In this document: positions 12,041-23,700 of the stretch, one piece after another | How the letters are laid out: each line of letters opens with the position of its first letter | Position numbering within the stretch: the stretch's first letter is position 1 | Assembly (NCBI GenBank): GCA_964187785.1 | Contig: OZ076409.1 | Coordinates: 63,676,001-63,740,000, forward strand | Direction: 5' to 3' | From: Amphiscolops sp. MND2022 | Lineage: Eukaryota | Length of the DNA stretch: 64,000 nucleotides | Translations under genes and position numbers: made by a program | Notes under the pieces: model-generated | What the model saw: only the letters and a program-made list of their open reading frames with translations | Database searches by the model: none | What the model was told of the DNA's origin: nothing

Positions 12041-13892
12041 TTTTAGTCGGCGCTTTTCATTTGAGGGAAAAATGCCCGACTATAGCAGTGACTGTTTTTA
12101 GTCGGCGCCTTTTCCCTTAAGGAAAAAAGCCCGACTATTGAAGTAGGTAGTTTTTTTAGTCGGCGCCTTTTCCCTTAAGGAAAAAAAACCCGACTACTAC
12201 AGTCGGTAGTTTTTTTTTCTTTTTCAGCTTACAATCTCACTCTGAATGGTCCACTTTTTACAATTTGTTCATCTGTTCTGTTGTTCATCTTCGACTAAAT
12301 TTCTGAAGCCGGAGAGCGGGGTTTCGATTCTCGCACTAAACAATAATATTTTTATGCTTCCAAAAGTACAGCAGTCCCCCCTTTGGGTTTTTTTCGGCAC
12401 TCTGCGACATTTTTCGAAAATTTTCGAATATCATCAAAGGGTACCCCTTGCATTTTTTTTGAAGTTTTCGGTTCGTAAAAAACGTTTAATGGGGCCTAAA
12501 TGACCTCTTTATGGGTTTTTCGGCACTGTGCGACTTTAACCGAATACTTTTAAAAAATATATATTTTTTTTCAAATGCTTCCAATAGTTGTTTTCGGCTT
12601 AGTGAGACTTTTTTTCGCAAACTTTTCAAGGGTCTCCAAAGGGTCCCTTCTTCATTTTTTCCTATTTTTCCAAAAAATGGATGTTCAAAAAATCCCAAAT
12701 GCCCTCTTTTACATTTGTCATCACTATGTGACTTACCGGGGACCAAAAAAATTTCAAAAAAAAAATTAATTTTTTTTCTATTTTTTCCTCACGTGGGTTT
12801 TATAGAAGAGAATACCTGACACATTGAAGTCCTTTTGCTATTTTTGAGCCTTAGATATGGCGCCGACCTTGGGCCGTTCCCGGCTTGTTCTTTTTTCAGT
12901 TGAGAATCTCACTCTGAATGGTCCACTTTTCTTACAATCTTTGTTCATTTGTTCAACTAATTTTCTGAATGCAGGAGATCGTGGGTTCGACTCTCGCACT
13001 TTCCTTTTTTTTGTTTGGTTTTTTTTCGGCACTATGCGACTTTTTTTCGAAAATTTTCGGATTCTATTAAAGGGTTTTTTATTATGCAAATTCTATGCAA
13101 ATTCTACCCCTTGCATATTTTGAAGTTTCGGTTTGTAAAAACGTTTAATGAGCCTGAATGGCCTCTTTTTGAGTTTTTCGGCATTGCGCGACTTAAAAAT
13201 TAATTTTTTCGAAAAAAAATTCAAAAATTATTTTTTTGAAAAAAAAATATTTTTTTGCAAATGTTTCCAATAGTTGTTCTTTGAATATTTTTGAGCCTTA
13301 GATATGGCGCCGACTTGAGACGATCCCGTCTTGTTTTTTCTTCAGACTACAATCCTCACACTGATCGGTCTACTTTTTAGAAACAATCCTGAAACCACCT
13401 GAGCACCTGAGGCCAAGTCCGGCCTAGGGAGACTTAGTCCGAAGGGTCCCCCTTTCATTTTTCACTTTTTTAATTAAACATACACATCCGGACGTGCCTA
13501 AAAGGTCCCCCTTTTGGATTTTTTTCGGCACTGTGCGACTTTTTTTCCGAATTTTTTTTGTCTCCAAAGGGTCCCCCTTTCATTTTTTACTTTTTTTAAC
13601 GTACCCTACAATACCGGACGTGCCTCAAGGGTCCCCTCTTTGAATTTTTTTGGGCACTGTGCGACTTGTTTTCAAAAAATTTTTAATTTCCCCAGAGGAT
13701 CCCCCATTTCGAGTTTTTTGATATTTTGCAACGGAATGTGTGTTAATAAATCCAGATGGGTCCCCCCTTTTACATTTTTTGGCACTATGCGACTTTTTTA
13801 TGAAAGAAAAAAACTTTCATTTTTTTCCCAAAAAATGTTTTGCGTTTTTTGACCCTGAGATATGGCGCCGACTTTAGACGTTCTCGTCTTAT
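12041..13892 (+). mobile_element. Cluster of nested or tandem DINE-1/HINE-like (Helentron-associated) non-autonomous repeats
   Basis: Three tandem 5' modules TTTTAGTCGGCGC...CCCGACTA (12041-12200); internal AAGGGTCCCCC and TTTTCGGCACT(G/A)TGCGAC repeats; three 3' modules TAGATATGGCGCCGAC + short hairpin + TGTT/TATT (about 12851, 13299, 13857). The repeat is seen directly; the class is inferred from architecture. Confidence 0.6.
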
Positions 13893-15262
13893 TATTTCTG
13901 CGATAGCAGGAATATTATTGAAACCTCAAGATTTCACTTTTCACTAAAGTTTTTGTCTTGTCGTGATACTGAAACAATTCAGATATTTTGTTCGGCAGTG
14001 AGTATAAGCGTGAGATTTAAATTTCTCAAGCTGCCGACTATTCGTTTCTCGAGCGATGGAACGAGCGAGTCGTATTTATGCTTTCGTACGCCGAGTTATT
14101 GAGATGAAGCAAACGAGTATTAATTATTCGTACGCCGAGAACTTTGCCTGCATTCAAATGCGAATGTGAAACTTCGTCTACGCTTAGTAGATATAGTTGC
14201 TTTAGTCCGAGGTATGTGCGCTATATAAATGATTACGATATGCTTCTATTATTGAAGATGAAAGCCAAAATGCAGAAATGATAGTGTTCCTCGCAGGGGC
14301 CCATTTTGTAAGAAAGCGCCAACTAAAACCTCAGACAGAAAAAGCAACACTGCTTGTGTTTGAATTGCCTATGCTGAGCTAGCTTTTTTCATGTTTGAAA
14401 AAATGAACGAAATCAAAAGGTTCCCGTTTTGTGTCTTTTGGCACATTTCAATTTCTTTGGAAATCATCTGCCTAATGTTTGAACAACGTTAAGGTGTGAG
14501 GCAGCAAAAGTGTTAGAGGAGAAACAACTTGATTTTATACACCAGCACATGAAAGTACGAACAGAACTGAAGTAATATGAATGGGAGAACAAAGTCTACA
14601 AAGCAGCTTGGAAACTTTTGGTTACAGTTTTAAGGCTTTGTTCAGCGGACCTTCGTACATTTGAATAAAGACGTCTAAAGAAGTTTTGGAACCCAATTGA
14701 GGCAGTTTTTTTGTCACAACTGATTTTTTTAGTTCATCCTTGTTTTTCGCGGACCAATCATCTGCGTAAACTTTCATTCTAAGAACTTCCCAAATTTTAT
14801 TGATTGACAGTACTTGGGAACAGATCGGCGGGTTCCCAAACTTTGAAATGTAAGAGATATTTTCTAGCTAGTCTCTGACTGATCTTGCACAGACTGCTGT
14901 CGCTTTATTGGGCCAAAAGACTACGTTTCGAAGTGACGCGTGAATTTTGATAATTAATGATTTGAGATTTCTCATATAAATACGTTAGTTTGAAATACAA
15001 GCCTTGATTGACCATAACTTGATGAACAACAACAACAACAACATTTTTGCCTATGCAATGCCTATGCGGCCCTTATCAACGACATTTGTCGGAATTTTCG
15101 TATTCCAGCGTACTTTACGATTGATGGGGTCACTGTTTTGTCGCTAGAATAGTAACCGAGGTTTCCAGCGCATCTCGTGCACGATAAAGTGAACTAAGAC
15201 TCGTCATCCATGACCTTATCTTTGCTCCTCAACCATTTTCTCCAAAGCTCGTTCAGGCTATT

Positions 15263-15642
15263 TTTTAGTCGGCGCTTCATGAAGTGAAACGCGACTATTA
15301 TAATGACTCTTTTTTTAATCCACTCGAACTGATCTAAATAGTTCTACAAAAGTCCCAAATTGAAAAATTAAATCATTTGACCTAACGAACTGAACCAAAA
15401 AGGTTTTTGCCTCTTTTTCCGCGTAACATGCATTACCGGGCGAGACTAAAGGGTTCACCATTCAGTTTTTTCGGCATTGAGAGACTTTTTTTCAAAAAAA
15501 ATCGCCTTCAATATTTTGATGATTTCCGACAGAATGGATTAAAAAAATTTCAAAACGCCCCCTGACGCGCCAATTCAGCCCAGTTTTTGGGTTTTTCGGG
15601 CACTGTAAAAAAAACTTGACACTTTGAAGTATTTTTGCTATA
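15263..15642 (+). mobile_element. Left part of a HINE-like repeat interrupted by element A (continues at 31799-31852)
   Basis: TGACACTTTGAAGTATTTTTGCTATA joined to TGTTTGACCGTTAGATATGGCGCCGAC...TGTT reconstitutes the uninterrupted copy at 12817-12889. Confidence 0.75.
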
Positions 15643-17145
15643 TGTCGCAGGCGGCCGCCTGTGACGGAATATTATACCAAGTTGGACCCGAAGACGATGA
15701 CACTAATCCCGGACCGGGCGTTTTGCCTATTTGAGAGAAAAACTCCGCAATACGTTAATTATTTAGTTAACAATCTTCTCATGCACTTTAGTTCATTCAT
15801 TTATTCTTATTCATCTTTACATGTAAATATGAAGTCTTATTAATGTGACTCAAGGTCATTTTGACGGCATGAATAATTATATTTTGATTCAATCTTATGT
15901 AAATTAGTTGTTACACCACATTAATAATAATAATGTGAACTAGTACCAAAAGGTGCAAAACGCTGTACAAGCAGTTAATTTGATTGACGTTAATAATAAC
16001 AATAGAAAGCAAGATGACTACTCAAGTGAAAGGAAACGCGTTCAACTGGTACGCTGCTGCCGTCTAGTTGACGCGTAGTCACTTCGCTTCTAACCAATCA
16101 CGGCGCTACATTTAGTTATAGTTCAATGCCGTCATGTGGACGTTAGGTCCAATTAGTTAACGCATGTAGTATTAAATCTGTAGTTGCATGAAAATCACCG
16201 CTAACATGTACCTGTTATTAACCAGTATGTTGCTTCTATTTATAGGACCTATGACGTGTAGTCATATGTCACCTCCGTTGCTATATTTAGAATTGTGATG
16301 TAATAGTTATTTTTAATAATGATGTCATTACTATTTTTACCCAATGACACCCTAAATATTGAGTGTCATACTGTAGTTGCTATATATATGCAAATTTCCA
16401 GTAAGGGATTGATTCATTGTGATAACCTCAATACAAACCGTTCTGATATACACTTTTGATTCGACAATCTATTATTGAACAATACCTTCTTTTGATATGC
16501 CTTCAACTAGAAGACAAAAGGCGAAAGAGAAACGTTCAAGACAGTCTGACATAATGTCTGATATTGAAAATCTAGATGTGATGCTCGGAAATTACTCAAA
16601 CAGTGAAATTAGGGACCAAAACACGGTAGACCAAATAGAAATTGACCCTGAGTCAAGTAGACGGCAACAAGGTTTCAGTCATGAAGAAGGTAACTATAGA
16701 TCTCTTTTGAACACAAATTTGAGTGAGAATAGTGAAATTACAGTAGAAACTAGCAGAGCAATTAGTTCGGAAATTTCTTCGCAGATGTCAAGGAAATTGG
16801 AAGAAATGAAATCTGACTTAAATTCCCATATTATGGAGGTAATAAACTCTGCTATTGATGAAAAAATACTACCGAGCATCGAAAATGTCATAGTAAATCA
16901 CAGGGAGTGTAAAAACGCGAAATTGGACATTCGGTCAGATGGACGGCATCCGAGTAGAAACGTCCCTATGGACCATACTTTGGACCTTGGGTCATATGGA
17001 CGGCATAAAATTAAATTTGGCCAGCAGGTCCAGGACTCAAGAGAGAATTTTCCTAGACTAAGTAAGACAACAAATAACCTTTCAAATCATCAAATGGAAT
17101 GTTCGGGAGATTCTGAACAGAGTGAAAATGATGAAGGTTATGACA
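15643..17145 (+). repeat. 5' LTR of A
   Basis: Direct repeat of 30296-31798; CCAAT near 16094 and TATA-like sequence near 16381 upstream of the gag ATG at 16497. Confidence 0.97.
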
Positions 17146-18293
17146 TGGTGACAGGAGCCAACCCTACTCCACATGTAGTCCCTGAATTTCTGACCGGACG
17201 TCCCACGCAGTCCAGAAACAACATTCCCCATCAACAATGCGTCAACGATGACACATTAGATACCACCCTCCCGGCACAAATTCCCTCAAACCCTATCAAT
17301 GACCGGGAAATGCAGCCCCAAACACCTTTAGACCCCATAAACAGACTTGCCGATGTCATTATGGGAATGAACAACAAATCATCAGCACAAACACTGATGG
17401 TACGACCAGTCAATACTGCCACACTCACATTTGACGGCAAATCTGAAAAATTTGAACTGTTTGAAGACCTTTTTCACACGGTGATAAAGATGCAACCCGA
17501 GATGACGGAAGCTATGAAAATTAATCACTTTCATTCACTGTTGCGCAAAAATGCCCTGCAAACCTTCCGCAACATCAGTTCAGCAAATAGACAAACCTTA
17601 GAAGACGTACTAGCTGTGTTTCGTAGGAAATATGTCAAACCTGAATCCCAGGCAACTGCCAAACATAAATGGCACAAATTGGTATTTGACCCAAACACAA
17701 TGAAATTGCCCGATTTTCTCGAGGAACTCAATCAGGGCGCCGAAAAAGCCTTTGGCGAGCACGCACAAGCCATGATTGACAGTCTACTATACGCAAAACT
17801 TCCACCGAAACTCAAACGTTCAGTCAACATGGCGCGATTAGAGAATGCCACCTACGAAGAAATTGTCACTCATCTCGAACGAGAACTGGAGCTGAATGGA
17901 CTTGAGGAAGGCGACGACATTCCCGTTCCCACAATGTCAACAGCCCCGACAGCCACACGACCGGGTCAAGGACTCCTTTCATCAGGCATTGACCCAGGAA
18001 TAACTTGCAACTACTGCAAAAAACCTGGACATGTCAAAGACGATTGCCGAAAACTAAAACGAAAGGAGGAGCAAAAACGCAATGAAGGCTCGAGTACCAA
18101 AAAAGAGTACCCAAAGTGCCCGACTTGTGACAAAACCAATCACCCGGCGGAGAGATGTTGGAAAGGCGCTGGAGCCCACCTCAAGCCCAAAAACCTCAAA
18201 TTGGATAGTCCAAAGGATGACGACACGACCAGTAGTCGTGATGACCCCACCAATAAACCCACAACTTCTATCCTTAAAAACTCAAAAAACTAG
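16497..18293 (+). CDS. gag: Gag of A (598 aa; first 216 codons inside the LTR)
   Basis: Intact ORF; capsid-like region (FDGKSEKFELFEDLF...), CCHC knuckles CNYCKKPGHVKDDC and CPTCDKTNHPAERC. Confidence 0.95.
   Translation: MPSTRRQKAKEKRSRQSDIMSDIENLDVMLGNYSNSEIRDQNTVDQIEIDPESSRRQQGFSHEEGNYRSLLNTNLSENSEITVETSRAISSEISSQMSRKLEEMKSDLNSHIMEVINSAIDEKILPSIENVIVNHRECKNAKLDIRSDGRHPSRNVPMDHTLDLGSYGRHKIKFGQQVQDSRENFPRLSKTTNNLSNHQMECSGDSEQSENDEGYDMVTGANPTPHVVPEFLTGRPTQSRNNIPHQQCVNDDTLDTTLPAQIPSNPINDREMQPQTPLDPINRLADVIMGMNNKSSAQTLMVRPVNTATLTFDGKSEKFELFEDLFHTVIKMQPEMTEAMKINHFHSLLRKNALQTFRNISSANRQTLEDVLAVFRRKYVKPESQATAKHKWHKLVFDPNTMKLPDFLEELNQGAEKAFGEHAQAMIDSLLYAKLPPKLKRSVNMARLENATYEEIVTHLERELELNGLEEGDDIPVPTMSTAPTATRPGQGLLSSGIDPGITCNYCKKPGHVKDDCRKLKRKEEQKRNEGSSTKKEYPKCPTCDKTNHPAERCWKGAGAHLKPKNLKLDSPKDDDTTSSRDDPTNKPTTSILKNSKN
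17146..17157 (+). promoter_or_regulatory. Primer-binding site TGGTGACAGGAG, inside gag coding sequence
   Basis: Directly follows the LTR end; the identical 12-mer follows the 5' LTR of B (58556-58567, minus strand). tRNA identity uncertain (Leu-like acceptor stem). Confidence 0.85.
18284..18290 (+). promoter_or_regulatory. -1 ribosomal frameshift heptamer A AAA AAC (gag to pol)
   Basis: TCA AAA AAC TAG ends gag; pol is in the -1 frame; same sequence in B (57444-57450, minus strand). Confidence 0.85.
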
Positions 18294-21200
18294 ATTTGCC
18301 ACGACTCCATATTAATGAAAAATTACGCATCAGACAATATATAATATCTGATCCTCCTACTATATACTATACTGAATATTACTCCTCCATTAAAGAAAAT
18401 TCATCAGCTGACTGGCAGCAGCAGGTGAAGCATTTGCCTACTCACTTACACAACCCGGACCTTCAGTCTGACAGACAGCACTCTAATACTACGACCATTC
18501 GCCCCCTTCCCCTAATCGATAACTATAACCCATATTATCCTGACCCGGACTTTGGATTCGACCCCTATTGGGACATTCAAATCTACAACCAACATCAGCT
18601 ACACTTCTACAACAACTTTACCAAAAACATTGCAGATATCGAACCTGATCAACCCCACATTGATCAGATGTTGAACACAAAACTATCCACGGCCTCTGTT
18701 GACCCCTGGCAAAATGTGTGGATTAACACCAATTCACCAATCCAGGAGGCAATATCCGAACAACTTCCACACAATGGACCTTTGGTCACATTGACGGCAA
18801 CAGTGGAAGAGCGCTTTGTGAACACGCTAGTCTCACGAAATGGTGAACCTGACTACGTCCCGTTGACGACCAATTTGGGACTCAAATACAAACGACGGAT
18901 GCTCTACTTCCCCATGGATTTTGGCGAACTAACTTTAGATGGCCTTGTAGACACGGGAGCCCTATCTAGCGCTATCCCAGAAGCTGATCTACGTAAAATC
19001 CGATTACTAGCCCCTCAGTCAATAATTAAAGAGGGCCCAGCACCCAACTTCCAGATTATGGTAGCCAACGGACAGCTGGAGACTCCAAAGAGCACAGTTG
19101 AACTCAAATTCGAGGTCGGCGACATCGATTTCCACGAGATCTTCATTGTTATGGAAAAACTCACAAGTCCGTTAATTGGTCTCTCGTTCCTGCAACGGAA
19201 CAATACCATACTGGACATGCGTCAAGGAGTTTTAAACTTCCCTTTCTTCTCCATGCAATTGAAAACAGCTGACCACAAGTACACTAACGTCATGGAACCT
19301 ATCTGTGCACGGGAGGATATAACTATTCCCCCCAACGACAGACATATGGTTTCCATGTTCTCACAACTATATGACGACACAAACGTCACTGGAATTCTTC
19401 AACCGAGCAACGACCTTGCAGAAGATGGTGATATAACCTTCTGCGCCGCTCTAGTCACACTGACCCAAGGTCAGGTATCAATCCATGTCAACAACTTTAC
19501 TGACCAACCGTACACCCTCAAAAGAGGTGCGCACATTGCCAATTTCTCTATCCTCACACCAGAGCAGATGAAATACGTCAAACCCATTGATCCTGTGACC
19601 ACTTGGCATCTTTTGAAGGATAACCCGGAAAATGCTGCCTATTATGCCAGTAGCCTGATCAAATCTCCGAAAACTAGCGATGATAGTGAGAACTATTGGT
19701 TCCCTACTCCAGAAGAACCAGGAGATCCTCAAACTCACACACCAATACAACAAAGAATCTTTAGGGAACTACGAAATCTCCAAGATCTAGAGAAACTCAA
19801 CCCTCAGGATGACCCTGAATCGCGGAAACAATTTCTTGCTAACTTCGACTGGACAGACTCTACGCTAAATCCAGCCGAAATTGCCCAAATTGAAGAATTA
19901 CTTGTTGAATTTCACGATATTTTTGCACGACACCGCTTTGATATAGGTATGAACGAGGACTTCAAGGTCACTTTGACCCCTAAAGATGACTCTCCTGCCT
20001 ATAGTCAAAGCTTACCTACTCCTATCAACCTCAAAGAAGATATCCTTGTAGAACTAGCCCTACTACACCGATATGGGATTATCACAACTCTCCCATTTTC
20101 CAAATATGCAAGTCCCATTTTCGCCCAGAAAAAACCTAACGGCAAACTTCGACTCCTGGTCGACCTCCGAAAGATCAACAACCTGATTTCCGACGATTAT
20201 ATTAACAACAACCATCCTGTCAGCACACTAACAGATGCTGCGCAGCACATGGCAGGCAAACGATTATTTTGCAAACTTGATTGTTCTCAAGCATACCACT
20301 GCCTTCAGATGGCTGACCAGAGGTCAATCGAGATGCTAGCATTCAATTTTGCCAGCAGAACCTTTGCCTATCGTCGACTTGCCCAAGGTCTCAGCAGAGC
20401 GTTGTCCGCATTCTCGAGCTTTATGCGCGAATACCTGGATAAAGTGATAAAAGCTGACCAATGCGCTCAGTACGTAGATGATATTGGGATAGCTGCAAAC
20501 GACGCTACCCAGCTCATCAACAACCTTCGAGCAACGTTCCAGTGCATCAGGACCGCTGGTCTCAAACTAACGATGCACAAGTGCCATTTCGGAGCCAAGG
20601 AAATAGACTTCCTGGGACGCACCATCACTCCTGAAGGGGTGCGGCCACAACGACCCAGGGTCCAGAATTTCTTGGAAAAGACCAAATTCCCTAAATCCAA
20701 GAAAGCACTTCAAAGATACTTGGGATTCTTGAACTACTACCGTAACTACATCCCAAGGCTCTCAGAAAAACTCACACCGTTTTTCAAGTTATTGAAAAGT
20801 GATGCCAAAGTCATGGTGACACCCGATCTGTTAGAAAAATTCACCGAGATCAACAAAGCTCTTGACCGATGTTGTGAACTGGCACTCAAACAACCTCTAC
20901 CCGATAAACAGATAGCCCTGATGACAGACGCTAGTTTTTCGGCAGCAGGTTATGCAGTTCTCATCGAGGACGATCCGATGGAAAAATATACTTCGACGCG
21001 AAAAGCCTTCGCACCTGTAGCATATGGATCCAAGACCTTTAGTCCAGCCCAACTGAAGATGTCCATTTATGCGAAAGAATTCCTAGCAATATTCTTTGCA
21101 TTCAAAGAGTTTGGCCATATCTTCTGGGGGACCCCGAAACCGGTGATAATACTAACAGACAACAAGTCAGTCACTCGCTTTTTTCAAACAAAAATCATTC

Positions 21201-23473
21201 CACCCACATTGTGGAACGCGTGTGACTACGTTATGCAATTCAGTTTCACAATAGCCCATATACCTGGCAAAAACAATACTGCCGCTGACTACTTGTCACG
21301 TCTAGAAATCTGTCCCAAAGAAAAACTCATACTCCGGATACGAGAAGATATTTCCACCACACCCATTGAACTCAACGTCCAATCAGCGGGAGTTACTGAA
21401 GAAGAACAGATCTTCTATACGGACGAGGATGAAGAAACAGAAGAACAAATCTGGAAACGCAAACAAGACGCCAGGTCAAACCCAATGAATCAACCTCCTG
21501 ATATTTTGTTAGATCATCTTAGCACTCATGATAATACACAATTCCAAACTCAAAATATACAAAAACTGGCAAAACCAACCACCATGGCTATAGAACAACA
21601 GAACGACCTTATCTTGCATCAATTACGACTCAAACTGCAAAAAGAAGAATACTCTGAAACCATCTTACAGCAAGATTCGCGCTACCGACATTACTGCCGC
21701 CAAATTGACCGTCTGTCCGTACATGATGACATCATTCTCAGAGACTACTACGATGAAACAGGCAGTGTCCAATTCCGCCAAGCATTATTACCGAAACACC
21801 TAGTCACAGAATTACTCCAATCACTACATGGTTCCGCGAACAAACACCCGGGAATCTCAAAAATGCTGCACGAAATTCGACGAAAATATTACTATCCTGG
21901 AATCGCAAAAATTGTCAAAAAGTGAGTCCAAGGGTGTGAAATTTGTATAAAAGACAAAAGAATCAACAATGCATCCATAACACCTGAATTACTCATTTTA
22001 CCTGAATGGGATCTTGGCCGGGAAGATGCCTTACAAATTGACATTCTGCCCAACTTACCCCCAAGTGGAGGTTACGAAAATGTCATAACGGCTCTGGACG
22101 TGTTTTCGAGATATCTTTTTGCCTACCCAGTAACGGACGCTTCGGCCATCAATACGGCAAAGGTCATTATTGATATCATGACAAAACATTCCTACTTGCC
22201 GACTACACTCATCACCGACAAAGGCACTGCCTTTACGTCCAAACTACTAGAAGAAATTACCAAAATTTTAGGGATTCACCTTCGGTGCGCGACCACAAAG
22301 CATCCTCAGACGATAGGCAAACTAGAACGCACTCATGCCAGCCTTAAGGGCAACCTTAAAATGGCATCAGGCGAATACAGGCGTCAATGGCACAAATATC
22401 TCCCATTGGCCGTCCTTAATTATAACACGACCTATCATTCAAGTCTTGGATGCGAACCCACCCGAATTTTTCACGGAAGAGTACCCTATAATATCTTAGA
22501 CCATCGGTTAGGATTAAACCCTAACCCAAAGGTCACTCCAACGACTGATTTTGCTGAAGAATTTCAAAGACGCACGCAAATATTAATTGATCAAACAAAG
22601 AAAAACATTATGCAATCATATTTAAAGTACAAGGAATATTATGACCGAAAGGCTAAAGCAGCTCCTCTACAACAAGGAGATTTTTGCTTCATTTTACAAC
22701 CTCTAGCTGACCATCAAGGCTCTAAAATTCCTTTTCGTGAATTTCGTTGGATCGGACCGTACGTCATAGAAAAAGTTTTACCTAACGACAACTATATTGT
22801 TCGCAAACTTAGTACTAACAAAACGCAGATATTACACCGAATACGCCTTAGAAAATACACTCCAAATACTACCCCACAAGACATTCGTCCCGAAGGAAAT
22901 TTACAAGCAGACGATGAAATTATTATTCCACAAGATGATCTGTACATCATTTCATGGGAAACCAATTTTGACGATTTCTCTCCTAACTCTGAAAATCGGA
23001 CTGTTACTAATGAACTCCCTACCAATTCCGATGAACAAGACGCTATAATCACAGATTTGGACCTACGGTCCACGCGACGGCAAACAAATACTGACGCCGC
23101 TCGCGCTGATGATACTGATAGTGACTCACGTTCAAACGAAATAAACGAAGCGGACCTTCGGTCCGCGCGACGGCAATCAAATACTGAGGCTGATAATACA
23201 GAGCAATACTCAAGAAATGCACACAATGAAGACCGTCAGTCCGCTAGACGGCAACAAAGTACCGAATCTGAAAACGATGAATTGACCAATCAGGACCTTC
23301 CTAGAGATGAAAATTCAGAATTTTCAACTTCTGGGGGGAACGATACAACCGTGCCCGATGTATTAATTGAAGAAACTGATGATTGTGTTGTAGAAAATGA
23401 AAGTCCTAGGGGAGGGAGATATAACCTACGTCCCAATCCTACCCCCAACTTTACTGACGAATACAGATACTAG
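18290..23473 (+). pseudogene. pol: Pol of A (PR, dUTPase-like, RT, RNase H, IN) with one in-frame TGA at 21923-21925
   Basis: LVDTGA protease, YVDD RT, TDAS...TDNK RNase H, integrase HHCC/DDE and GPY motif. ORFs 18296-21925 and 22100-23473 share a frame and are separated only by a TGA where B has Trp (KTWVEGC). Confidence 0.93.
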
Positions 23474-23700
23474 TTAGAACATGTAAATTCACTGGCCCGA
23501 CTCAACACCTTTTGACTCTACAATTATCTTTTTATGGGCCTCGACTGACTTGTAGTCCACAATAACAGATCAAACACAAGCATCATAATGACACAACTGT
23601 ACAAACAGACTTCAAATAACGATAAAATAAAAAACTCAAGACTGACAGACAAACGAAAGATACATAAATACAACTAAAAACAAATGTACATATAGTACAA

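Noticed and set aside
12970..13000. tRNA gene
   Set aside because: Only a T-arm-like fragment; no full cloverleaf.
12246..13852. Phe/Lys-rich short ORFs in the repeat clusters, and short ORFs antisense to gag/pol
   Set aside because: By-products of T/A-rich repeats or shadow frames; no coding evidence.
21923..21925. Programmed read-through of the TGA in A pol (and of the TGA at 49514)
   Set aside because: The homologous element has a sense codon at each site; single nonsense substitutions are simpler.
23060..23253. DLRS.RRQ repeats in the integrase tail as a protein repeat
   Set aside because: They are the translation of the DNA motif, which also occurs in introns, non-coding DNA and on the opposite strand.
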